Origin: Nostoc punctiforme PCC 73102
GTDB taxonomy: Bacteria; Cyanobacteriota; Cyanobacteriia; Cyanobacteriales; Nostocaceae
Assembly (NCBI RefSeq): GCF_000020025.1
Contig: NC_010628.1
Coordinates: forward strand, 2,790,001-2,822,000
Reading direction: 5' to 3'
DNA: 32,000 nucleotides
Under the pieces are notes generated by a model. It was given only the letters and a program-made list of their open reading frames with translations, ran no database searches and was not told where the DNA came from. A program made the position numbers and the translations under genes. This document shows positions 6,409-16,100 of this stretch, piece after piece (position 1 is the stretch's first letter; the number at the start of each line of letters is the position of its first letter).

Positions 6409-8616
6409 TCATATTAAACTAGCGATCGCTTCTACTAGTTCTTCGGGATCAATCGGTTTGGATAAGTGTCTTTGAAAACCTGCTGCGAGAGCTTGTTTTT
6501 GATCGGATTCTCCAGCATAAGCTGTCAGCGCGATCGCTTTTATCTGTCCGCCTTGTCCTTTTGGCCAACTTCTTACCTGACGGATGAGCATATATCCGTC
6601 CATCTCTGGCATAGCAATATCACAGATGAGAATATCTGGCTGAGATTGTTTTAATATCTTTAATGCCTCACGACCGGATGCGGCGGCTGTCACTTCTGCA
6701 CCATATTGCTCAATCATGAATACCAGTAGTTCTCGCGTATCTTGCTCATCCTCTACTGTCAGCACCCGCACACCGCGCAAATTCAACGAGATTTTAGGTA
6801 AACTTTTATTTTGATTTGGTTGTAAAAATGTAGTGATGAGCGGTAATCTAACTGTAAATATTGCTCCTTGGTCTTCTCCTTTGCTGTCTGCGTGAACTGT
6901 ACCACCATGCATTTCTACAATGTGTCGGACAATTGCTAATCCTAATCCCAAGCCGCCAAACTTGCGTGTTGTGGCACTATCAGCTTGACGGAATGTTTCA
7001 AACACGTAAGGTAAAAACTCTGGTGTAATCCCCTTGCCTGTATCGCTAACTTGAATCTGAGTGTAGGTATTGGTAGACTCTAATTTGATTTTTACCTCGC
7101 CGCCAGTTGGGGTAAACTTCACCGCATTAGTAAGTAAATTCCACACTACTTGTTGCAAGCGACTAGCATCACCCATAAAAAGCTGGACATCTGGTGCAAT
7201 CTCAGTGTGAATTTGAATCGATTTCGCTTCTGCTGCTAAAGCGACTGTTTCATTGGCAGCTGCAATAGTTGCAGCTAAATCAACTGAAGAAATGTTCAGC
7301 GTTAATTTGCCTTGCAGAATGCGGGAGACATCTAATAAATCAGCGATCAGTTGAGTTTGTAATTTAGCATTGCGTTCGATTGTTTCTAAAGCGATCGCTT
7401 TTTTCTCCTCACTTAATTGGTGAGTCCGCAGCAATTTTATCCAGCCAAGTATCGGATTTAGCGGCGTTCGCAATTCATGAGACAACACCGCCAAAAATTC
7501 ATCTTTAATGCGGTTGGCAGTTTCAGCTGCTTCTCGTGCAGCTTGTTCGCGTAGCAGTAATTCTTCGCGTTCTTCTTCCGCTCGCCTGCGGGAAGTCACA
7601 TCAATTGCTACTCCCCCTACCAAAGATTGCCCAGATAAATGAGCAATGGGGAATTTATAAACGAGGAAATCGCCTATTGTGCCATCCAGACGAGGTGCCA
7701 TTTCAATTGTCTCTAAAACCTGATTAGTTTTAGCCACTGTTTGGATGTTGTTTAATAATTGGGTGGCAATCTCAAGATCAAACAATTCAAATGCAGTTTT
7801 GCCGATCGCATCTTGAGTAAATAGCTGAAAAGTATTTACATAAGTCGGACTAAGGTAAATAACTTTACCATCTGCATCTGTAATCCAAGCAGCAGCAGGA
7901 CTATGTGCCATGAATGCCTGAAAGCGTTCTTCACTTTCTTGCCGCACTTCTTCGGCTTGCTTGCGCTCGCTAATGTCAATGTTGACTCCTAAAAAACACT
8001 CGGCTTGTCCCTCTGCATCTCGGATAATTTGCCCTTTCGATGCTACCCAAATAACTGTATTATCTCTGCGGACAATGCGGAATTCGTCGTAATATTCCTT
8101 ACCTTCAGCTAATACTTTTTCTACTCCTTCCATAACCCGTGGGCGATCGTTAGGATGGATAAAATCAACCCAAGGTTTCACACCAGGTTCTTCTGTACCT
8201 ATTTCCAACCCCAAAATCTCCCAGATTCCTTCCGACCAAAATACCTCACCAGTAGCTACATTCCACTCCCAAGTCCCAATTTTTCCTGCTCTTTGTGCCA
8301 TTTGGAGGCGTTGTTCGCTTTGTCGCAATGCTTGCTCCGTTCGCTTGCGTTCGCCAATATCACGAGATACAGCAATTACACCTGCGATCGCTTGCTCAGG
8401 ATTATATAAAGGAGCCAAAATATATTCGTAACAATGCACTCCATCAACGGTATTATATTCGGTCTCTGCTCTGATGGGTTGCCCCGTTGTCATTACTGTT
8501 TCTCGTTGGGTGTCTACCCGACGCATCGTAGTAAACATTTCTGGGGCAAAATCAAGTTCTTGCCAAGTCTTACCGACTATCTCTTTTGGCTGATAACCTA
8601 AACCGCAGCCCCACCT
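6409..8616 (-). CDS. C-terminal part of a split sensor hybrid kinase: second half of a PAS domain, two further PAS domains, HisKA, HATPase_c, REC
   Basis: The ORF track gives 6409..8538, but the frame stays open upstream to 8616. The product begins mid-PAS (…[30 protein letters not shown]…). The H-box is [19 protein letters not shown], the CA domain contains VSDTGKGI...[10 protein letters not shown], and the receiver is VLTVEDEQD...[13 protein letters not shown]...LSKPI. Confidence 0.8.
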   Translation of the reverse strand, partial: [735 protein letters not shown]

Positions 8617-10226
8617 TCACTGACATACTGATAATGACCATGCCGATCAAAAATATAAATATGATCTACTGAGGCAGAGAGAATCGCATTTAAGATATTG
8701 GCTTGATGTTGCACCTGGCTCATCAACTTACGTGTGCATTCTTCTGCCTGCTTGCGTTCAGTAATATTCAAAAATGCAGCTACCGATCCTCTAGGATTAT
8801 CCTGTTCATCAAGTAGGGGAGCAGCATAACCAAATAAATTAAATATAGTGCCATTACCGCGAACGATATCAACTTCTGTGCCTTTGACTTCTGTATTATG
8901 AATGGCTGCATAACGTAGCGGATATTCTTCTGGTGAGAGTTCCTTTCCCTGCCGCAAAATTTTGTAAGATGGAGGCGGAGCATTAACGGGAGTAGAGGAA
9001 ACATTAACTTCAGGCAAGATACCTAAAATCTCAGCAAATGCTGGGTTAGATTTTACCTCCTTAAATTCCATATCTTCCGCGATCAGAATGCCAATAGGAA
9101 TTAACTCAAATAAAGTTTGCATATTTTGGCTCAGAGAAGCGATCGCGATTTCCCGTGCTTCTAGTGCTGCGGCCATTTTGTCAATCGCTTGCGCCAGTTG
9201 ACTAAGTTCTCCCGATATATGAGCAAGTCCAGTACGAGTGTTGAGTTGACCACTACCCAAGGTCTTGGCTGTTTGCACTAAAGATTGTATCTGGTTGAGA
9301 AAAAATACATCTCCACCTACCCAAGCAGCTGCGATCGCTAAAAAAGTAACTGCACCTAAACTAATTAAGTTTCTGAATAATAAACTATCAGCATTAGCAA
9401 AAACTTCAGACTTGGGAATACCAATCCTGATATATCCATCCGGCTTGACTGGATTATCGCCCAAAGGAATAAAGGCAAAGATTCGCGGCACACCATCAAG
9501 GCTAGTCACTTCATCGATCCCCTCAACCTGAGCGATTTTCATTCTGGCGAAAGCATCCGGCGATATAGATTTACCTACCCAATTTTGCGTATTGGGATAG
9601 CGGACTAAAAGTGTTCCTTTCTTGTCAACCAAACTCAGCACCGAGCCTTGAGGCATTTTTATTTGCGCCGCCAACTGATTTAACTGAGCTAAATCAAGTG
9701 CAGCTACAACCACAGTTTGCACTCGCCCTGCTTTGTCTAAAATTGGGTAAGCGAAATTCAGGGTAGCTTTTTTAGTGACGCGATCTATTTGATAATCACC
9801 AACCACAAATTTCCGAGTTTGCAAAGCACGTTGGAAATAACTGCGGTCTCTGAGATTCACAGAGCCAGAGTAGGCAATCCCAGTACAAATCACGTTTCCT
9901 TGACCATCAAGTACGGCAAAATTAGCGTAAGCTGAGTGTTGTTTCAGGATATCGGTCAACAATTGATTGCACTCTGCTGAATTACCCTGACGGACAACTG
10001 GCAGCTGTGCCAATATCATCAGCAGTTGACGGGTTCCTTCTACAACCTGTTTTTGGTTATTAGCCGCCAATCTCGCCAGCCGTAGTGTCTGTTCTCGTGC
10101 CTCTACTGTAGCGGTACGCCGTTGTTCGGAAGCAGTGTACAGAATTAATCCTAGTGCTGGAACAACAGCTAAAAGGACGAGAAGTACTAAGCGAATGCGA
10201 AGTGTACTGTTTAACCAAGAGCGCAT
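8598..10226 (-). CDS. N-terminal part of the same split sensor kinase: TM, Cache-like periplasmic domain, TM, HAMP, PAS, first half of the next PAS
   Basis: 542-aa ORF. TM1 is [20 protein letters not shown]. It is followed by a roughly 250-aa extracytoplasmic segment with a Cache-like pattern, then TM2 [19 protein letters not shown], a HAMP-like linker and a PAS domain. The ORF ends ...[21 protein letters not shown], inside a PAS core. Confidence 0.8.
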   Translation of the reverse strand: [542 protein letters not shown]

Positions 10227-10347
10227 TATGGTTTAGTTCGATTTGCTACACATAATTTTGAACCAAAATATAAAATTCGAAACTGTTATTCACTGAAGCA
10301 ATGAGCAAAATCAAGGCTTTGGACAAGGGGTGTAGGTAAAAAAACTC

Positions 10348-11355
10348 TTATAATCTTATACCCAGTCTCGACAAACAGTTTTTCTGCGTAAGTTCTGATT
10401 GTAACAATTGAGCGATCGCAGGCACCTTTAGAATATATATGCAGTAAGAAACAAAGTGCAATGGTTTCTTACCCAAAAAAGAAAAGACATGGATACTACA
10501 AAAATGACTGCACAGTTCACTCTTTTCAACGCTGACTAGGTATGAAGTTAACTCCAGATGCGTAGTGCGATTTATGAATTTTCTGTAAATAATCCATTCT
10601 TTTTCGGAAGAAGCCACCATGCAAGCTGTATATCTTCTACATACCGAACCACTTATACAGTAACCGGGGCATTGAATTTATGAAGCCCCATGTAATTTCT
10701 AGCGAGAGCTAAAGCTGTTCTCTTGTCAAACAAGAGAACAGTGAAAGCATTCTCAATCAGCCCTGTGGTGGAGCGCTCAAAAAGCGGGAGCCACCTTTGT
10801 ATTTCAAGCAATTTAATAAAAGTTCTTCTAGCATCACAGAAGCTGTTAACAGACGCTATCGCTTCCGTTATGGATGGAAGAAACAAAATTAAGATGCACC
10901 AAAAATTACACTTTTATTGTGTCCTGACAGTTAAGACCGATCCCCCAATGATGCTTTGTCGCCCGTACAGAAGCTTGGTTGTAGGGTTGAGACGGTTATG
11001 ACATTGGTGAAATGGTTGCTGCCATTATCCCGTTTAGGAGACTGTATTCATCCGTCAACCCAGGTCAGGGCACTTAATGCTCTCTTGATTTGATTTAATC
11101 TTCGGATTTTTAATTCATTTATTGACCAATTTGAATTGGCTAAGAAATGGTGTAATGACGCTCGCTGAGTTATACTCACAACTTAGCTATTTCTGGTAAT
11201 GATTTTATTTTTATTGGCGAGATTATTCCTAAGTGCAAATATTTGAAGCATTCATAATTTCTCACCTCTTTAAATAAATCTTGATACTCTGCACAATATT
11301 CATCTACGATCGCTTCCAGCGGGCGGTTACGCCATCGCAACTGTTGGGTGGGCAT
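10348..11355 (-). mobile_element. Decayed IS4/IS701-superfamily-like transposase relic with several frameshifts and stops
   Basis: My own translation gives three pieces. 11355..11179 (TGA at 11178-11176) reads MPTQQLRWRNRPLEAIVDEYCAEYQDLFKEVRNYECFKYLHLGIISPIKIKSLPEIAKL*. 11182..11051, in a shifted frame, reads VVSITQRASLHHFLANSNWSINELKIRRLNQIKRAL. A third frame reads LTDEYSLLNG...WGIGLNCQ. The ORF-track 10348..10620 piece (...WIIYRKFINRTTHLELTS...SELTQKNCLSRLGIRL) resembles the C-terminal motifs. These patterns match my memory of cyanobacterial IS701-like transposases; this was not searched. Confidence 0.45.
10836..10886. repeat. 51-nt dispersed repeat, copy 1 (direct repeat of 11460..11510)
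   Basis: acagaagctgttaacagacgctatcgcttccgttatggatggaagaaacaa versus acagaagctgtttacggacgcgctcgcttccgttatggatggaagaaacaa: 47 of 51 identical. It contains the small hairpin cttcc-gttatggat-ggaag. Confidence 0.85.
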
Positions 11356-11459
11356 CTCTAGCTAAATGTTTCAGGATTTGTAATTCTACATCCATTGCCC
11401 TGGCTTACCTGAAGAGAGTTTTTTCTTTTAATCCTTTTATTAAGAATACTCGGAAAGTG

Positions 11460-11510
11460 ACAGAAGCTGTTTACGGACGCGCTCGCTTCCGTTATGGATG
11501 GAAGAAACAA
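11460..11510. repeat. 51-nt dispersed repeat, copy 2
   Basis: See copy 1. It lies between the IS relic start and the REC-kinase stop, 8 nt from a heptamer array. Confidence 0.85.
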
Positions 11511-11518
11511 GTCAAATC

Positions 11519-11549
11519 CTCTTCCCTTCTGCCTTCTGCCTCCTGCCTT
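11519..11549. repeat. STRR-like heptanucleotide array (about 3-4 units of CTGCCTT/CTGCCTC)
   Basis: cttcccttctgccttctgcctcctgcctt, read directly. It lies about 37 nt downstream (minus sense) of the stop of the 509-aa kinase. Confidence 0.7.
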
Positions 11550-11585
11550 GTTTCTTAGGAGAGGGATAATACACATCTCTATAAA

Positions 11586-13115
11586 TTAGATTTTAACCTT
11601 CACTGGGTCTTGTATTGAAATATCGATGACAAACTCTGTACCCTTACCTGGCATGGAAGAGCAGCTTAAATTGCCTCCATGCTGTTGCACCACAATCGAG
11701 TAACTAGTCGATAATCCTAAACCTGTACCACTGCCTATAGGTTTAGTGGTGAAAAAAGGATTGAATATGCTGTTTAGTGTCGACTCATTCATGCCTGGAC
11801 CATTGTCAGCAATACGAATCAGTACCTTATTAGCATCGTGAATTTCAGTGCGAATGTGAATTATGGGGAGCGGACATTGGGAAAATATCTCACTTGTGAT
11901 TTCCCCGTCGCCAGCGATGCACTGAGCCGGTCGTTGTGTCCCCATTTCCAAAGCATCAATTGCATTACTTAAAATATTCATAAATACCTGATTGAGGTCA
12001 CTGGCATAGCATTTGACCAAAGGCAGTTGACCATATTCTTTAATTACTGTAATTTTTGGATGATTATCATTAGCTTGAAGTCGGTGCTGTAAAATTAACA
12101 GAGTGCTATCAATGCCGGAGTGAATATCTACTGGTTTAATTCCCGCTTCATCTAGGCGGGAGAAGTTACGCAGTGAGTCCACAATATGTTTAATACGTTC
12201 AGCTCCAGCTTGCATTGAGTTGAATAGTTTAGGTAAATCTTCCATCAAAAACGGTAAATCAATAGACTCTGTTGTAGTTTGGATCGCCTTCACTGGAGCG
12301 GGATAATGTTGTTGATAGGTTTTGATGAGTTTTAACAGAGCCTGCACATAAGTTTCAGTATGAAACAAGTTGCCATAAATAAAGTTGGCAGGATTGTTTA
12401 TTTCGTGAGCAACTCCTGCAACCATTTGCCCTAAAGACGACATTTTTTCAGCTTGAATCAGTTGAGCTTGAGTTTTTTGAAGATGGTCTAAGGCTAGAGT
12501 TAATTTAGAATTTTGGTTTTCTATTGTGAGGATATTACTGTAGGAACGGAGGGAAGAAATCACCACTGTAATCAGTTTTTGTCGTGTCAGTTCTGTCTTC
12601 AGGCGATAGTCGTTAATATCGTAGCCCAGAATAACTGAGGCTTCCGGCGCTTCTCCAGGCTGACCTGTACGTAAAACAATTCGTACTTTGTGGTTGTGCA
12701 ATTCTGCTCTAATATACTGAACCACCTGTAATCCAGCATCATGTGTTTCCATAACGACATCCAGCAAAATTAATGCTGTATCTGGATGTGCCTGGATTAA
12801 AGACTTCGCTTCTGTACCAGAGTAAGCATGGAAAAACATCAGTGGTTTACTCTCAAAGGTGCAATCTTCCAGAACTAGGGTCGTGGCTCGATGGACTAAT
12901 ACATCATCATCCACGATCAAGACTTTCCAAACTGCTACAGGCGCTGGTGGAGAGTTTGGAACCGCTTGGGAAGTAATATCATCTTCATTGCTTGGTTGTC
13001 TACCATCGTCATCTGCAAAGATAAACGCATCATTGTTGTCCGCAAAGACGAAAAGAGCGTCAGTTGCTGAGTTGGAAACCCTTTGATTTTCGCTCGACAT
13101 ACTCGATCCTCTCAT
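11586..13115 (-). CDS. Receiver-domain histidine kinase (N-terminal acidic tail, REC, coiled coil, HisKA-like, HATPase_c)
   Basis: 509-aa ORF. The receiver is VLIVDDDVLVHR...ILLDVVMET...GYDINDYRLK. The H-box is QMVAGVAHEINNPANF. The CA domain contains LSNAIDA...IADNGPGM...GSGTGLGLS. The ATG lies 15 nt downstream of the stop of the 1801-aa gene. Confidence 0.85.
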   Translation of the reverse strand: MRGSSMSSENQRVSNSATDALFVFADNNDAFIFADDDGRQPSNEDDITSQAVPNSPPAPVAVWKVLIVDDDVLVHRATTLVLEDCTFESKPLMFFHAYSGTEAKSLIQAHPDTALILLDVVMETHDAGLQVVQYIRAELHNHKVRIVLRTGQPGEAPEASVILGYDINDYRLKTELTRQKLITVVISSLRSYSNILTIENQNSKLTLALDHLQKTQAQLIQAEKMSSLGQMVAGVAHEINNPANFIYGNLFHTETYVQALLKLIKTYQQHYPAPVKAIQTTTESIDLPFLMEDLPKLFNSMQAGAERIKHIVDSLRNFSRLDEAGIKPVDIHSGIDSTLLILQHRLQANDNHPKITVIKEYGQLPLVKCYASDLNQVFMNILSNAIDALEMGTQRPAQCIAGDGEITSEIFSQCPLPIIHIRTEIHDANKVLIRIADNGPGMNESTLNSIFNPFFTTKPIGSGTGLGLSTSYSIVVQQHGGNLSCSSMPGKGTEFVIDISIQDPVKVKI

Positions 13116-13130
13116 CCCTAATTTTGGCGT

Positions 13131-16100
13131 TTATGGAGTAACCTGTGGTTCAAGTGGAAGGGTTACTATAAATAGAGTTCCCTTCTCCACTTCGCTTTGC
13201 ACATTGATTCTTCCTTGCAATTTTTGGGTGACTAGATTATAGACAATATGCAGTCCTAACCCTGTTCCACCGCGATGTCTGGCGGTGGTGAAGAAAGGTT
13301 CAAAAATGCGGCTTAGATGCTCTTCAGGGATACCACAGCCATCATCACTGTATTGAACGATCGCCCGATCGCCTTGCTGCAAGACCTGAAAGTACATCTG
13401 CCCAGCTTCTCCGGGCTGATATGCGTGCATGAGGGAGTTCATTACCAAATTGGTGACAACTTGTGCCAATGCTCCTGGATAACTGCTGATGGTTACAGTA
13501 TCATCACCCGTCACAGTCACCGTATGTAGTGTTTGTCTTAAATTTGGTGCCAAACTAAAAAGTGTTTCTTCCAGATAGACTTTAACCTTAATAGTGCGTT
13601 GCTCCAAGTTGGTTTGATCGACAGCAACCTGTTTGAAACTTTGCACCAATTCTGCGGCATTATTAAGGTTTGTCAAAATAATGTCTCCGCATTCTTTAGC
13701 AATGTTTAGGTAGTTGGTCAAATCAGACCGTTTCAGCTTCCCCTGCTCAACTGTCGCCATGAGAGCGGTAGTTTTATCAATCAGGGTTGATACCAATGTG
13801 ATGCTAGTTCCAACAGGGGTGTTGACTTCATGAGCAACCCCTGCGACAAGGCTACCTAAAGCAGCCATTTTTTTGGATTCTACGAGCTGATCTTGAGTAG
13901 TTTTGAGTTCTTCTAGAGCTTGAGAAAGTTGTTGAGTGCGATCGCTAACTTTCTGTTCGAGAGTATTGTAGAGATTAGCATTTTCGAGCGAAATGGCAGC
14001 TTGGGATGATAGAAGCTTAACAATTTCTAAACGGTCTGGTGTAAACGCTTCTGTAGCTAGGTTATTTTCCAGATACAAAATTCCCAGCAGTTTACCTTGA
14101 TGCACAATGGGATTACATAGTAGGCTTTTGGGCTGCTGCTTTCTGATGTATAAATCATTTACCAAAGTCGCCTCTGTACTAGCATCAGCGATGACATGGG
14201 ATTTTAGACTCCGTTTGACAAGGTAAATCAGACTGAGAGGAATATCAAAACTCCGATCGATTGGCAATCCTGGCCCAACGCTGGGTTCTTGTCCTAGTTG
14301 AGCGATCGCTTCTACTCGCAAGTCATTATCCTGGATCAAGATCAGCACACATTTGCTAGCTCCAGCATTGGTCATGATTGCATTGAGCAAGCTAATCAGC
14401 AATTTGTCTAATTGAATCTCGCTAGACAGGCTCTGGGAGGCTTTGAAGATAGTGGCAAAATCCAAGGCTTCAGAGATAGAAGTACTGCTGGAGCTAGATG
14501 TTTGCGTCGGTTGATGAATCGTGCGGGCAGGTATCGCGAGGGTTTCTAAGGGCTGGAAAGTGAATTGCTTTTGTTGCAGAATATGTTGTAGTAATTGCGG
14601 ATAACGTGTTTCCAAGTCATCGATTTTAGCTTTGGCATCCCAACGAGAGTAGCAGTAGTAGGCTTCTTGGATGTAGGCTTGAGCCACCTTTTCTCCGCCC
14701 CAATTGAGGTAGAATTTGGCTGCCAACTCATTGCTCAGTGCTTCTTCGTTAAGGTAGCCATTTTCTTTAGCACCCGCAATGGCGCGATCGTAATACTCCA
14801 TTGCTTTGAGCGTATCTCCCATCACCCGCGCTGTCTCTGCCTCAACTAAATCATACTTGTGCTGGTAATTAGCAGGAGCATTATCAGCCCAGTCGCGCAT
14901 AAGTTTTTGGTTGGTAAATACCTGGTTGAGCCAACGTTCCGACTGGTTACAATCTGCCTCCTCTAGACAAGCTGAACATAATGCAAGTAAGGACAAAGAG
15001 TAGTAAAAGTTATGTCCAGTAACAAGTAGTAAACCAAAGGCTCCATCTACAAACTCAGTAGCCTGCTCTGCACAGATTACAGCCTGTTCATACTTTTCAA
15101 AGGCATAAAGGATAACTGTTTTGGCTACATAGGTTGCAAATAGTGACTGATGATTATGGGTGCTATGAAAATGCAGTAGCATTTCCGTTTCATTAAAATC
15201 AGTACCAGTTAGGTGAAACCGATCGGAGGCTTGTCCAAGAAAGTTTAAAGTGAGTTGCTTCCAAATCTTGGCATAATCAACACAATGCTTTTGTTTAAAG
15301 TTTAAAAGTAGATCGATATATTGTGTTTGCTTTTTCTCAACAGAATCTAGAGGTTCTCCAATTAGGAATAAATGTGCAGACTCAGCCATTATTGAATAGC
15401 TAGTGTATTCGATGTCTCCGACCTCTAGTCCACACTGCATACTTTCTTGTAAAAATGTGAGTGTATTTCGACCATGCTCCTTACAAGCACAGATAAAAAC
15501 ACCAAAGAGCATATAAATTTTGGAACTGTGTTCTTTGGCATGATATTGCTTTAAGAGGTTTAGAGATATTTGACCTGAGTGATAAGCTGTATCTACATCT
15601 TTGATTACAGCACACAGAAATAAGCCATAAATTCCATAAACATAAGCAGCCAAGGATGAATGTCCCTGCTCAAGACAAAGCTGGAGCATTGTCAGCGCTA
15701 CTGACGGAAACATATCTGGTTTGACATGATGAACAGGAGGAGTAATGCTAATCAGCAACCGGAGTGCAGCCAGAGATTCAGGATCGATCATCTCTGGAAT
15801 ATTGGCTAAACTTGTCAACTCTGGTAGTTGCTGTAAATAATTTTCCTGCTCTACACCAGGTAATCTCAACGAAATTTTTAACTGTTCTAGTGCTTTTAAC
15901 CCTGTTTCAATAGCTTGAACTTGCCGATCTTGGGCAATATAAACTTGAACTTTTAGCTCATAGCTTTTAATTCTGTGCAACAGATGCGTGGTTTGCTGCA
16001 ATATCAGGTCTGTTAGAGTTATAGCTTGTTCAAAGTGGGTATTTAAGTATTCTGCTTCTGCGGCTTCTTCATACAGCGCCAGCATTAGAAGATACTGATT

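Larger units (their letters stand above)
6409..10226 (-). pseudogene. Single sensor hybrid histidine kinase of about 1270 aa, interrupted by a 1-nt frameshift near 8598-8603 (a real pseudogene or a homopolymer assembly error)
   Basis: The two ORFs are in different frames (10226 mod 3 = 2; 8538 mod 3 = 0) and overlap over 8598-8616. Re-reading one base at GCG GTT T|TA GGT gives the continuous PAS sequence [25 protein letters not shown]. Confidence 0.55.

Noticed and set aside
8590-8620. Programmed -1 ribosomal frameshifting joining the two kinase ORFs
   Set aside because: There is no canonical X XXY YYZ slippery heptamer at the junction (GCG GTT TAG), and I did not identify an obvious downstream stimulatory structure. 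A 1-nt indel in a T run is the simpler explanation.
1598-9531. Numerous 60-130-aa plus-strand ORFs inside the minus-strand kinase and stressosome genes (for example 2681..2986, 3180..3569, 4172..4456, 9265..9531)
   Set aside because: These are antisense shadow ORFs with low-complexity, Ser/Cys/Arg-rich translations and no motifs. The opposite strand carries long ORFs with clear domain signatures.
10348-11576. The three small ORFs (10348..10620, 10653..10886, 11358..11576) as independent genes
   Set aside because: Two of them owe their shared FLPSITEA(I/S)ASVNSFC peptide to the 51-nt DNA repeat, and the third overlaps a heptamer array. The region reads better as a degraded transposase plus repeats.
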